A stretch of 64,000 bases of DNA from the IMG/VR virus record IMGVR_UViG_3300032296_004100; one strand, given 5' to 3'. Of this stretch, positions 21,262-31,384 are shown one piece after another (position 1 is the first letter of the stretch; every line of letters starts with the position of its first letter). Under the pieces are notes generated by a model. The model saw only the letters and a list, made by a program, of their open reading frames with translations, was not told where the DNA came from and did no database searches. Position numbers and translations under genes: made by a program. The stretch is from an uncultured virus (IMG/VR IMGVR_UViG_3300032296_004100) (lineage: Duplodnaviria > Heunggongvirae > Uroviricota > Caudoviricetes).

Positions 21262-22892
21262 TTACAGTTGGATATTCCACAAGAAAACATAATCCCGAAT
21301 TAATTGAATACTTCAAAAAATCATCGGGAAATCCAAAATATGTTGAAGTTATTGAAAAAATTAACAACGGGGACAAATCTCTTTCTCAGGTTTATAATGA
21401 GATACTCGAAGAATCACAAAGTGACATTGTAATTTTTTGTCACGATGACATTTATTTTGACACAAATGCTTGGTATTCAAAAGTTATAAGAAACTTTGAA
21501 AAAAATGATTTTGGAATTATTGGTGTTGCGGGTACACCAAATTTACCAAGTTCAGGTCAATGGTGGGAAGACCGAAGAAAGATGGTTGGAATTGTAAATC
21601 ATGAAAGTAACGGAAAAAAATGGGAATCTAAATATTCCTCAAATTTTGGAAACGAAATTAGACAAGTGACGATTGTTGATGGTCTGTTTATCTCAGTCAA
21701 CAAAAAAAGAATTAAGAAAAACTTTGTTGAGGAATTCCAAGGATTTCACTTTTATGATTTACCTTTCTGTCTTGAAAATCATTTAGAAGGAGTAAAAATC
21801 GGTGTTTGTACAAACATTAGAATTACTCACAAATCAATTGGGCAAACCAATACCCAATGGGAAGAAAATAGACAATTATTCATTAAAAAATATTCTCACA
21901 ATCTACCAATCAAAATTCCCTTTGACCCTGAAAGACAAATGAAAGTTTTGATTTCTTGCATGTTCTTTAGGACCTTTACGGGCTCCGAAATTTATGTTTA
22001 TGAATTGGCAAGAGCACTTCAAAAACAAAATTGTCAAGTTACGGTACTTTCTCAAATAGGGGGTCCATTGACTGACTTAGCAAAAAAAGAGGGTATTAAA
22101 TGTTTACCATTTGAAGAAGCGCCCGGCTTTAAAATGGGTGATGGTAAATGGATGGTTATGGGTCCTGATGGAAAACCACAAGTCTCAACACCAACTACTT
22201 TGTATAAAATATCTGAAGTTGATTTTGACATCATTCATGTTCAACACAAACCCGTTGCAGAAAGAATCATCAATCTATACCCTATGATTGATAAAATTTC
22301 AACAATTCATTCTGAAGTTATTGAATTAGAAGAGCCTGTTATTCATGATTCAATAAAACACTATGTTGCCATTCGTCCTGAAATTAAACAACATTTAGTA
22401 AATAAATTCGAAATCCCTGAAAACAAAATTTCTGTAATTTACAATCCTGTAGATAAAAATAAATTTCCAACATCCCCTAAAAATGAAAAAGGTTACATTC
22501 TTTTTGTCGGTACAGTTGACTATCTTAGAGAATTAGCAATTAAAGATGCTGGCGAATACGCGATTTCTCTTGGAAAAGAACTATGGTTAGTTGGTGAAGA
22601 TAAATCTATTTATTTAAAAAGTTACTTGGAACATCCCGCAATTAAACATTTTCCTCCCACATGGAATCTTAAACCTTTTATCGAAGGGGCTTATGAAACT
22701 GCTGGTATTCAATTAGGAAGAACAACAATAGAAAGTTGGATGAGTGGTAAAGATAGTTGGATTTATAAAGTTAACGAGAGCGGTGATATTATTTCTAAAG
22801 AAAAAACTTCACCACCCGAAGACATTGAAAAGTTTTATTCTGAAAATGTTGTAAAACAAATTAAACAAGAGTTTTTAAAAGTATTATCCTAA
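21258..22892 (+). CDS. Bifunctional glycosyltransferase (GT2-like + GT4-like)
   Basis: YNEIL...FCHDD, IIGVAG, VDGLF and FHFYD in the N-terminal half; TGSEIYVYELA, VIYNPVD and GRTTIES in the C-terminal half. Confidence 0.8.
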   Translation: MITVGYSTRKHNPELIEYFKKSSGNPKYVEVIEKINNGDKSLSQVYNEILEESQSDIVIFCHDDIYFDTNAWYSKVIRNFEKNDFGIIGVAGTPNLPSSGQWWEDRRKMVGIVNHESNGKKWESKYSSNFGNEIRQVTIVDGLFISVNKKRIKKNFVEEFQGFHFYDLPFCLENHLEGVKIGVCTNIRITHKSIGQTNTQWEENRQLFIKKYSHNLPIKIPFDPERQMKVLISCMFFRTFTGSEIYVYELARALQKQNCQVTVLSQIGGPLTDLAKKEGIKCLPFEEAPGFKMGDGKWMVMGPDGKPQVSTPTTLYKISEVDFDIIHVQHKPVAERIINLYPMIDKISTIHSEVIELEEPVIHDSIKHYVAIRPEIKQHLVNKFEIPENKISVIYNPVDKNKFPTSPKNEKGYILFVGTVDYLRELAIKDAGEYAISLGKELWLVGEDKSIYLKSYLEHPAIKHFPPTWNLKPFIEGAYETAGIQLGRTTIESWMSGKDSWIYKVNESGDIISKEKTSPPEDIEKFYSENVVKQIKQEFLKVLS

Positions 22893-23603
22893 ATGACAAT
22901 TCTAACTACTGCGTATAATTGTGAGGTTTTTATCGAAAGGTCTCTCTATAGTATTATGTCACAACAATTTACAGATTTTACTTGTTATATTTTTGATGAC
23001 ATGTCCACCGATAACACAACAAAAAAAGTCGAGGATATAATCAAAGACGATTCAAGATTTATTTTAATTAAAAATTCAAAAAAACTATATCAACCTGGCA
23101 ACTATGACTTGGTTATTAGACACATGAATTTGTCTGATGAAGAAATATGTGTTGAAGTTGATGGTGATGATTGGTTACCAAATTCGAATGTGTTAGGATT
23201 AATTAATGAAACATATAAAGATGAAAATGTTTGGATGACTAGTGGGTCTTTTAGATATAGTAATGGTTCCCAAGGGTTTTCAGTTCCACCAATAAATTTC
23301 GAAAATATCAGAAAACAAAATTTTACATTGTCTCATTTAAGAACTTGGAAATCTTGGTTGTGGAAAAAAATCGAAGAAGAAGATTTAAAAGATTCTGAAG
23401 GAAATTATTGGGAAGTTGCGGGTGACTTATCGTTTATGTTTCCCATGTTTGAAATGTCAGGTGAAAAAAATTATAGACATATTCCGACAATTATTTATAT
23501 TTATAACGAAAAAAATCCATTAAATGACCATAAAGTTAATATGAATAAGGTTAATTCTATTGTTAACATAATCAGAGGGAAAAAAGAATATAAAAAAATT
23601 TAA
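22893..23603 (+). CDS. Glycosyltransferase family 2
   Basis: TTAYNC..FI.RSL.SI..Q, DDMSTDNT and VDGDDWL. Confidence 0.85.
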   Translation: MTILTTAYNCEVFIERSLYSIMSQQFTDFTCYIFDDMSTDNTTKKVEDIIKDDSRFILIKNSKKLYQPGNYDLVIRHMNLSDEEICVEVDGDDWLPNSNVLGLINETYKDENVWMTSGSFRYSNGSQGFSVPPINFENIRKQNFTLSHLRTWKSWLWKKIEEEDLKDSEGNYWEVAGDLSFMFPMFEMSGEKNYRHIPTIIYIYNEKNPLNDHKVNMNKVNSIVNIIRGKKEYKKI

Positions 23604-23605
23604 CT

Positions 23606-24229
23606 ATGTATACAGAACACAATGCAAGATGGAACACCGACAAAGGTGATGATATTTTAATTATTGATTATCCTTTAAATGCTAACTCAAATGTTATCGA
23701 ATTAGGCGGATATAAAGGTTTGTGGACAAAAAAAATATTTGGGAAATTTAAACCGAATATGATTGTGATTGAACCCATCCCACAATTTTTCCATAAAATG
23801 GTTGAGGAACTACACTATTATTTTCCTGATTATGAAAATAAAGTAAATTTAGAAATGTGTGGAATTTCTACAGATGAAAAACAGGTTGACCTTTACATTT
23901 CTGAGGATGCTTCGTCGTCCTATTTGCCCACAAATGAAAAAGTTATTGTAAATTGTCACACTTTAGAATATTATATGTCTAAATATAACTTTGAAACAGT
24001 TGATTTAATGCAAGTTAATATTGAAGGAGAAGAATTTTTTCTATTTGAAAAATGGATTAATGAAGATATTTTAAAAAAAATTAGATTTATCCAAATTCAA
24101 TTCCATCGCATGGGTGAAAATTATGAACAAAGACGAGAAGCAATTCAAAATGGTTTAATTAAATTGGGGTTCAAAAATAAATGGAACTACGAGTTCGTTT
24201 GGGAATCATGGGAAAACACTAATTGGTAA
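23606..24229 (+). CDS. FkbM-family methyltransferase
   Basis: IELGGYKG, IEP, DLMQVNIEGEE and IQIQFH. Confidence 0.8.
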   Translation: MYTEHNARWNTDKGDDILIIDYPLNANSNVIELGGYKGLWTKKIFGKFKPNMIVIEPIPQFFHKMVEELHYYFPDYENKVNLEMCGISTDEKQVDLYISEDASSSYLPTNEKVIVNCHTLEYYMSKYNFETVDLMQVNIEGEEFFLFEKWINEDILKKIRFIQIQFHRMGENYEQRREAIQNGLIKLGFKNKWNYEFVWESWENTNW

Positions 24230-24232
24230 TCA

Positions 24233-25051
24233 ATGAGTAATTTAATTTCTTGTAATTTGATGGGAGGATTAGGAAACCAAATGTTTCAAGCTGCACATGC
24301 TTTAGCTCAAGGATGGAAACACAATAGGAAAACAGTGTTTATACCAAAATCTTGGACATCTATGCAAGGAAGGGACACTTCAAATTATAGAAATAATATT
24401 TTTAGCGGATTAAATTTTGTTGATAACATTGACGGTTTTGTTAAGGTACACGAAGGCCCATGGGAATTTACTGAAATTAACCCCGTCATTGATAATACAG
24501 TATTTGATGGATATTTTCAAAGTGGAAAAAATTTTCTTGGTTTTGATGATAAAATCAAAAAATTATTTGGACCAAACGAAGAATTTATTTCAAAAATTTA
24601 TCAAAAATATCCACAACTGAACTTAGAAAATACAGTTTCAATTCACATTCGATTCGGAGATTACAAACAAAATCCACATATACATCCAAGTGTTTCAAAA
24701 GAATATTTAGATGAAGCTCTTAAAATGATTAAGGATTACCAACATTTATTTCTATTTGGGGATGATAAAGAATGGTTATTACAAAATTTTTATGGCGAAA
24801 ATATTACATTAATAAATGAAGAAGATTATGTTGATATGTGGATTATGTCTTTGTGTAAACATAATATTATACCCAACTCCACTTTTTCATGGTGGGCGGC
24901 TTTCTTAAATAAAAACAACAATAAAAAAATTATTGTTCCTTCCATATGGTTTGGACCGAATGGTCCTCAAAATTATTATGATATGTACCAATCAGATTGG
25001 ACTAAATTAGAAGTAATTTATTCAGATGGAGAACTAAAACCTAAAAATTGA
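24233..25051 (+). CDS. GT11 alpha-1,2-fucosyltransferase-like
   Basis: GGLGNQMFQ, GYFQS, SIHIRFGDY and NSTFSWWAA. Confidence 0.9.
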   Translation: MSNLISCNLMGGLGNQMFQAAHALAQGWKHNRKTVFIPKSWTSMQGRDTSNYRNNIFSGLNFVDNIDGFVKVHEGPWEFTEINPVIDNTVFDGYFQSGKNFLGFDDKIKKLFGPNEEFISKIYQKYPQLNLENTVSIHIRFGDYKQNPHIHPSVSKEYLDEALKMIKDYQHLFLFGDDKEWLLQNFYGENITLINEEDYVDMWIMSLCKHNIIPNSTFSWWAAFLNKNNNKKIIVPSIWFGPNGPQNYYDMYQSDWTKLEVIYSDGELKPKN

Positions 25052-25055
25052 AATT

Positions 25056-25892
25056 ATGAATGAAAAAGTAAAAATTCGAAAAGTGTCAGATTGGTGGGGT
25101 GAATACGATTGTTCATCTAACCGAAATAACCCAAAATACATCCATTGGTTATCAAGGGATACCCAAGACCCACATACTGTCAGTGTTTATGTTGATAACT
25201 ATATTAAGGATATTGGATTCAATGACCCCTCGAGGGAAAAAATTGGATGGTTATTAGAATCACCTCAAATGAATGAAGGTACTATCAAATATCTTGTAGA
25301 AAATTTGGAAATGACCCGAGAACACTACAAGTGTATTTTTACTTGTATGGATAGTTTAATTGAACTGGGTGCTCCGTTTACATATACAATTTCAAATGCC
25401 GCTCCTTGGATTTGGCCTCAAAATAGAGTGATTCACCCTAAAACTAAATTGGTTAGTATGATAGCGTCTAATAAAGGTTGGCTTCGTGGTCATCAAAACA
25501 GATTAGAGTGGGTTGAAAAACTTAAAGACAAAGTTGATTTGTTTGGTACTGGTAGACCAAATCAATTAAACGATAAAGAGGATGGTATAAGAGATTACAT
25601 GTTTTCTGTATCAATCGAAAATGATAACTCAGATGGTTACTTTACAGAAAAATTAACAGACAATTTTGTTATGGGAACTGTTCCTATTTATTGGGGTTCG
25701 AGAAAAATTGTTGAAAAATATTTCGACCCTACTGGTGTAATATTTTTGGAAGATGACCCAAACTTATCGACATTAACAATTGAGAAATACCAATCAATGA
25801 TGCCAGCAATTGAAAGAAACTTCAAATTGGCGCAAGAACTTCCAATTTCTGAGGATTACTTTTTTGAAAAATATTTAAAAAATATATTATGA
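25056..25892 (+). CDS. GT10 fucosyltransferase-like
   Basis: YMFSVSIEN...YFTEKL.D.F..GTVPIYWG. Confidence 0.85.
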   Translation: MNEKVKIRKVSDWWGEYDCSSNRNNPKYIHWLSRDTQDPHTVSVYVDNYIKDIGFNDPSREKIGWLLESPQMNEGTIKYLVENLEMTREHYKCIFTCMDSLIELGAPFTYTISNAAPWIWPQNRVIHPKTKLVSMIASNKGWLRGHQNRLEWVEKLKDKVDLFGTGRPNQLNDKEDGIRDYMFSVSIENDNSDGYFTEKLTDNFVMGTVPIYWGSRKIVEKYFDPTGVIFLEDDPNLSTLTIEKYQSMMPAIERNFKLAQELPISEDYFFEKYLKNIL

Positions 25893-26512
25893 TTATTAAT
25901 ACCAATCCAAACTCAAATCGATGTGAGATACACAGTATAAAAGAAATGGTTAAATTATATGGTTTAATCGGAGACATAGTCGAATTCGGAACATTTAGTT
26001 GTGAATCCGCGATACAGTTATCTAAAGACTTCGAAAACCGTAAAATATTTACTATTGACCATTTTGAAGGTTTAGAAAAAACTGAAAAAAATATACCTAA
26101 GGGAAGTGATTGGTCGGAGGGAATGTTTGGTTTATCACATCCAGAATTTATCAATAACTCGAGAGTTCCCAAAACAAAAACTGAAGCATTATTGAAATTG
26201 TCACCACATAAAAATGTATCAATGATTATTAGTGATGTTCATAAACTAACAGAACCAAAAGATTACAATATAGGAAAAATCGCTGCGGTAAATATCGATG
26301 TTGACATCTATGAACCCACAGTGTCGTCTTTAGAATTTGTTACAAAGTGTGAATGGGATAAATTATTTATTAGGTTTGATGATTGGCATGGCGGAGAATC
26401 TGAATATGACGAGCATGAAAGATTAGCATTTTCGGAATGGATAAACAAATACGGATATAAATATACCATAACTCATGGTGGTTATATTGGTGGGGTTTAT
26501 ATCGAACGATAA
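25889..26512 (+). CDS. TylF/MycF-family sugar O-methyltransferase
   Basis: GDIVEFG, DHFEGL, IDVDIYEPT and FDDW. Confidence 0.8.
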   Translation: MIINTNPNSNRCEIHSIKEMVKLYGLIGDIVEFGTFSCESAIQLSKDFENRKIFTIDHFEGLEKTEKNIPKGSDWSEGMFGLSHPEFINNSRVPKTKTEALLKLSPHKNVSMIISDVHKLTEPKDYNIGKIAAVNIDVDIYEPTVSSLEFVTKCEWDKLFIRFDDWHGGESEYDEHERLAFSEWINKYGYKYTITHGGYIGGVYIER

Positions 26513-26515
26513 AGT

Positions 26516-27328
26516 ATGAAATATCTAGTTTTAGGTTCTGCTGGTCAAATTGGTGAAGAACTCTGTAAATTTTTAAAAAAAGAAAATCAAGAAGTGGTTG
26601 AGTTTGATATTGCAACTCATTCATCCCAAGATTTAAGAATTCCTGGTATTATCAATACCCTAGTAGAAGAATCTGATTTTGTAATTTTTTTAGCCTTTGA
26701 TGTTGGTGGTTCAAGGTATTTAAAAAAATATCAACACACATATGATTTTATCGAAAACAATACAAAACTGATTCTTTTTACATTCGAAAGCCTAAAAAAA
26801 TATAAAAAACCATTTATATTCGCGTCATCTCAAATGGCTAATATGTCATATTCACCATATGGTGTTTGTAAGTCTTTAGGAGAATCTTTTACAAAAACAT
26901 TAAATGGTTTGATTGTAAAGTTTTGGAATGTTTATGGACCTGAACATGACCTTGAAAAATCACATGTTATAACCGATTTTATTTTAAAGGCAAAAGAAGG
27001 TAAAATAGAAATGTTAACAAATGGATTAGAACAAAGACAGTTTTTACACGCTGAAGATTGTTCAAACGCTCTTTTTATTTTATCTAAAAATTATCAAAAC
27101 ATTTCGAGAGAAAATGATTTACATATCACAAATTTCAAGTGGAATACTATTATAGAAGTCGCAGAGACCATTAAAGAATTTATTCCATGTGAAATTATAC
27201 CTTCTCAGGAAATAGACAACATACAATTAAACAAAAAAAATGAACCCAACCCCTATATTCTTAATTTTTGGGAACCAAAAATTTCATTGAAAGAAGGCAT
27301 AAATAAAATAATTGAATCACTATTATGA
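26516..27328 (+). CDS. NAD-dependent epimerase/dehydratase (extended SDR)
   Basis: GSAGQIG, FASS, YGVCK (YxxxK) and NVYGP. Confidence 0.85.
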   Translation: MKYLVLGSAGQIGEELCKFLKKENQEVVEFDIATHSSQDLRIPGIINTLVEESDFVIFLAFDVGGSRYLKKYQHTYDFIENNTKLILFTFESLKKYKKPFIFASSQMANMSYSPYGVCKSLGESFTKTLNGLIVKFWNVYGPEHDLEKSHVITDFILKAKEGKIEMLTNGLEQRQFLHAEDCSNALFILSKNYQNISRENDLHITNFKWNTIIEVAETIKEFIPCEIIPSQEIDNIQLNKKNEPNPYILNFWEPKISLKEGINKIIESLL

Positions 27329-27960
27329 AATCATATTCACAATGCGGACAGGATTTGTTCGTAAATTATCTGACAAAGGGTATACCTGGAAAATTTCTAG
27401 ACTTAGGATGCTCTTTACCAAAAAAAATAAACAACACATATTTTTTAGAATTGATAGGTTGGGATGGAATATCGTTGGACATACAAGACTTTAGTAAACA
27501 GTGGTCAGAAAGAAAATGTAAATTTTTGCAAGCTGATTGTTTAAATTTGGATTATAATAATTTATTGAAAGATTACTATTCCGAGAACACAATCGATTAT
27601 TTAACCTTAGATATGGAAGGATGCGGAGACCGATTTAAACTTTTACAAAAAATTATAGAAAGTAATTACAATTTCAAAATTATAACAATAGAACACGACG
27701 CATACATGGGAGAGTCTTTTGTGCAAAATGAACAAATCCCACAACGAAAACTCTTAGAACAAAAAGGATATAAATTATTGTGTGCTAATATATCACATGA
27801 TGCAAATCCCGAATTATATTTTGAAGATTGGTGGATAAATCCATTGTATTTTCATGAGGAAGATATTAAACATTTATACTTCAAAGAAGTAAATTGTGGT
27901 AAAATATTTGAAAAATTAAACATTTCCTATGAAATGGCAGAGGAGTCAAAGGATAGATAA
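27325..27960 (+). CDS. FkbM-like (Methyltransf_21) methyltransferase
   Basis: YSQCGQD, FLDLG, NNTYFLE..GW.G, IDYLTLDMEG and ITIEH. Confidence 0.75.
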   Translation: MKSYSQCGQDLFVNYLTKGIPGKFLDLGCSLPKKINNTYFLELIGWDGISLDIQDFSKQWSERKCKFLQADCLNLDYNNLLKDYYSENTIDYLTLDMEGCGDRFKLLQKIIESNYNFKIITIEHDAYMGESFVQNEQIPQRKLLEQKGYKLLCANISHDANPELYFEDWWINPLYFHEEDIKHLYFKEVNCGKIFEKLNISYEMAEESKDR

Positions 27961-28058
27961 ACATCTACAATACTTGCCAAATAATTTGATAAATCATTAG
28001 AATATACTTCCAAAAGAAAGTATCTTATATTTTGAAGTATATCAAAAACATTTCAATA

Positions 28059-29150
28059 ATGAAAAGAATAGTTGTTTTAGGTGGTGGTGGTTTTATTGGA
28101 GGTCACTTAGCACACAAATTAAAGAAAGATGGACATTGGGTCCGCATCTGTGATATCAAAAGACACGAATATTGGGACAACGAAGATATTTGTCACGAAT
28201 TTATTGTTGGTGACCTTCGTAATCCTGAAGTAGTATCTTTAGTTATTGACGACACTATTGATGAAGTTTATCAACTTGCTGCTGACATGGGTGGTGCTGG
28301 TTACATCTTTACAGGTGATAATGATGCTAATGTAATGCACAATTCTGCGTTAATAAACTTGAATGTAGTACATGAATGTGTTAATAAAAAAGTCGGTAAA
28401 GTTTTTTATTCATCATCAGCGTGTATGTACCCTGAACACAATCAATTAGACCCTAATAACCCAAATTGCGAAGAATCGTCAGCTTATCCAGCAAACCCAG
28501 ACTCCGAATACGGATGGGAAAAACTTTTTTCTGAAAGATTGTTTTTAGCTTTTCACAGAAACTACGGACTTGATGTAAGAGTTGCTCGTTTTCATAATAT
28601 CTTCGGACCAATGGGAACATGGATTGGTGGTAAAGAAAAGGCACCAGCTGCTATGTGTAGAAAAGTTGCTGATGGGGAATCAGAAATCGAGGTTTGGGGT
28701 GATGGACAACAAACCCGTTCGTTCCTTTATGTTGAAGAATGTGTTGAAGCTGTTTTGAAAATGATGGAATCTAATTTTATAGGTCCCGTGAATATTGGTT
28801 CAGAAGAAATGGTAACGATTAATCAATTGGCTGAATTGGCTATCAACATTTCAGGAAAAAGAATTACCGTAAAAAACATCGCAGGTGAAGAATTCAAAGA
28901 CAAATATGGATTTAATTGCCCAGTTGGTGTTCGTGGTAGAAACTCAGACAACAAATTGTTCAGAGAAAAGATTGGTTGGGAAGTTTCACAACCACTAAGA
29001 GTTGGAATGGAAAAAACTTACGATTGGATTCAAGAACAAGTTGAAAAAAAGAACTCAGAAAAAGTTTTCATTTATGAAAGTCCTGACGGTGGAAATACTG
29101 TCTATCGTCGTGAATTTGGTAAACCACATTCTGAAAGAGAAATTGTGTGA
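28059..29150 (+). CDS. GDP-mannose 3,5-epimerase-like SDR
   Basis: GGGGFIG, YQLAADMGGAG, YSSSACMYP, YGWEK, RFHNIFGP, EKAPAA and GVRGRNSDN are GME signatures. ATG at 28059 preferred over the upstream TTG. Confidence 0.85.
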   Translation: MKRIVVLGGGGFIGGHLAHKLKKDGHWVRICDIKRHEYWDNEDICHEFIVGDLRNPEVVSLVIDDTIDEVYQLAADMGGAGYIFTGDNDANVMHNSALINLNVVHECVNKKVGKVFYSSSACMYPEHNQLDPNNPNCEESSAYPANPDSEYGWEKLFSERLFLAFHRNYGLDVRVARFHNIFGPMGTWIGGKEKAPAAMCRKVADGESEIEVWGDGQQTRSFLYVEECVEAVLKMMESNFIGPVNIGSEEMVTINQLAELAINISGKRITVKNIAGEEFKDKYGFNCPVGVRGRNSDNKLFREKIGWEVSQPLRVGMEKTYDWIQEQVEKKNSEKVFIYESPDGGNTVYRREFGKPHSEREIV

Positions 29151-29587
29151 TTAAACATTACATTTCACACCGAGGTAATATAGACGGGAGAATAATGAAT
29201 GCCGAAAATTCTCCCCAACATATCTCAAGTGCTTTATCTCGAGGATATGAAGTGGAAATCGATGTGTGGTTCGTCAATGACTCATTTTATTTGGGTCACG
29301 ACGAACCTCTTTATTTGGTGGATGAAGAGTTTTTAGAAAATGAAAAATTTTGGTGTCATGCTAAAAATGAAGAATCGTTTCACAAAATGTTATCCAACCC
29401 AAAAATACATTGTTTTTGGCATCAAACTGATGACTACACCCTAACCTCAAAAGGGATACCTTGGGTTTTTCCCGGTAAAAAGGTTTACGAAAACGCCATT
29501 TGGGTTTTACCCGAAAAAACCACCTATAAAAATATTATGTTAAATTGTTTAGGAATTTGTTCCGATAATATTTTGAGATACAAATGA
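29147..29587 (+). CDS. Short GDPD/PLC-like phosphodiesterase-fold protein
   Basis: ISHRGN..., EN, GYEVEIDVW, LGHDEP, WCHAKN and GICSD. Confidence 0.6.
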   Translation: MIKHYISHRGNIDGRIMNAENSPQHISSALSRGYEVEIDVWFVNDSFYLGHDEPLYLVDEEFLENEKFWCHAKNEESFHKMLSNPKIHCFWHQTDDYTLTSKGIPWVFPGKKVYENAIWVLPEKTTYKNIMLNCLGICSDNILRYK

Positions 29588-30948
29588 TAAAATTAATTGT
29601 TTTTGATTTAGACGGTGTGTTAATTGAAGCAAAACAATTACACTATGAAGCACTCAATGATGCACTAAATCTACATTCACCAAATTGTATAATATCTTGG
29701 AATGAACACCTATCCAAATATGATGGTTTAAAAACCAAACAGAAACTTGAAATGCTAAGTAAAGAAAAAGGTTTCGACCGTGATTTACATAATGTTGTTT
29801 GGGAAGAAAAACAAAAAATAACCAACGAAAAACTAAAAAATATTTCCCCCCATTCTAATTTGAAGGACCTACTAAAAAAACTATCAGAAGATGGGTTTAA
29901 AATTGCGTGTTGTAGTAATTCAATAAGAAAGACTGTACTCACGGTTTTATCAAAGTTAGATATTATCGAATACTTCGACCAAATACTATCTAATGAGGAT
30001 GTTAAAAACAGCAAGCCGCACCCTGAGATTTATTGGAAGGTCATCTCTGAGATGGGTGTCATTGCAGAGGAGACTTTAATTGTTGAGGACTCTCCTTATG
30101 GACTTTTAGCCGCGTCAAGAACACATGCTCCAATACTGAGGGTAAAGTCCCCTAAAGAGGTTAATATTGATAATCTGTACAGAAAATTAAACGAATTAAA
30201 TAACAAGTTCAAAATGAAGAAGCCCAAATGGACTGACGAGACCCTCAATGTATTAATTCCCATGGCGGGTGCTGGCTCAAGATTCGAAAAAGCGGGTTAT
30301 ACTTTCCCTAAACCTCTTATTGATGTTGAAGGTGACCCTATGATTAAAGTAGTAACTGAAAACTTAAACATCAAAGCCAACTACATCTATATTGTTCAAA
30401 AATCCCACAGGGAGAAGTATAACTTGGACACATTACTTGGTATGGTTTCTCCTGGGTGTAAAATCGTTGAAGTTGAAGGAATTACTGAGGGCGCTGCCAG
30501 TACCACACTTTTAGCAAAAGAATATATCGATAATGATAACCCATTGGTTATGGCAAACTCAGACCAATTTATTGAGTGGGATTCAAACGAGTTTATGTAT
30601 AAGATGTCAGAGACCGATTGTGATGGGGGTATTGTAACATTTGAATCGACACATCCTAAATGGTCTTTTGCAAAGGTTAACGAAAGTGGATTAGTCACGG
30701 AAGTTGCTGAGAAGAATCCTATTTCAAACATTGCAACAGTGGGGGTGTATTATTGGAAGAAAGGTTCTGACTATGTTAGGTATGCAGAGCAGATGATTGA
30801 AAAAAATCTAAGGGTTAATAACGAATTTTATGTATGTCCAGTATTCAATGTTGCAATACAGGACAATAAAGAAATTAGAACTTTTGAAATTACAAAAATG
30901 TGGGGATTGGGTACTCCTGAGGATTTAAATACCTACCTAAGACGATAA
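29584..30948 (+). CDS. HAD phosphatase fused to a sugar-phosphate nucleotidyltransferase
   Basis: FDLDGVL...KPHPEIY...VEDS, then IPMAGAGSRF...PKPLI...EK...NEFY...GLGTPEDL. Confidence 0.85.
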   Translation: MIKLIVFDLDGVLIEAKQLHYEALNDALNLHSPNCIISWNEHLSKYDGLKTKQKLEMLSKEKGFDRDLHNVVWEEKQKITNEKLKNISPHSNLKDLLKKLSEDGFKIACCSNSIRKTVLTVLSKLDIIEYFDQILSNEDVKNSKPHPEIYWKVISEMGVIAEETLIVEDSPYGLLAASRTHAPILRVKSPKEVNIDNLYRKLNELNNKFKMKKPKWTDETLNVLIPMAGAGSRFEKAGYTFPKPLIDVEGDPMIKVVTENLNIKANYIYIVQKSHREKYNLDTLLGMVSPGCKIVEVEGITEGAASTTLLAKEYIDNDNPLVMANSDQFIEWDSNEFMYKMSETDCDGGIVTFESTHPKWSFAKVNESGLVTEVAEKNPISNIATVGVYYWKKGSDYVRYAEQMIEKNLRVNNEFYVCPVFNVAIQDNKEIRTFEITKMWGLGTPEDLNTYLRR

Positions 30949-30994
30949 AATGTTTTTTTTCTATATTTTACCACTATTTTGGTAAAAAAACATT

Positions 30995-31381
30995 ATGATT
31001 ACAACTCCTATTAGTGTGGGTGAACTTTTGGACAAATTATCAATTTTGTCAATCAAAAAAAACCGATTAACAAATCCTGATAAATTGTTTCAGGTTGAAA
31101 AAGAATTTTCTTTTCTATATGAATTGTCCACACAATTTTTAACCGTTAAAGATTATTTTAATTTATATGACGATTTAGTTTTGATTAATTCTAAACTATG
31201 GGAAATAGAAGATAAGTTACGAGTCTGTGAAAAAAATAAAAAATTCGATGAGGAATTCATCGAGTTAGCCAGGTCGGTCTATTATACTAATGATGAGAGA
31301 TTTGAACTGAAAAATAAAATTAATCTTCTGTCAAATTCAGAAATACAAGAGCAAAAAAGTTACGAGGATTACAAAAACTAA
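30995..31381 (+). CDS. DUF6165-like protein
   Basis: PISVGELLDKLSIL.IK...N.KLWEIED..R...F.ELARSVY.TND.R...K..IN. Confidence 0.7.
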   Translation: MITTPISVGELLDKLSILSIKKNRLTNPDKLFQVEKEFSFLYELSTQFLTVKDYFNLYDDLVLINSKLWEIEDKLRVCEKNKKFDEEFIELARSVYYTNDERFELKNKINLLSNSEIQEQKSYEDYKN

Positions 31382-31384
31382 TAT

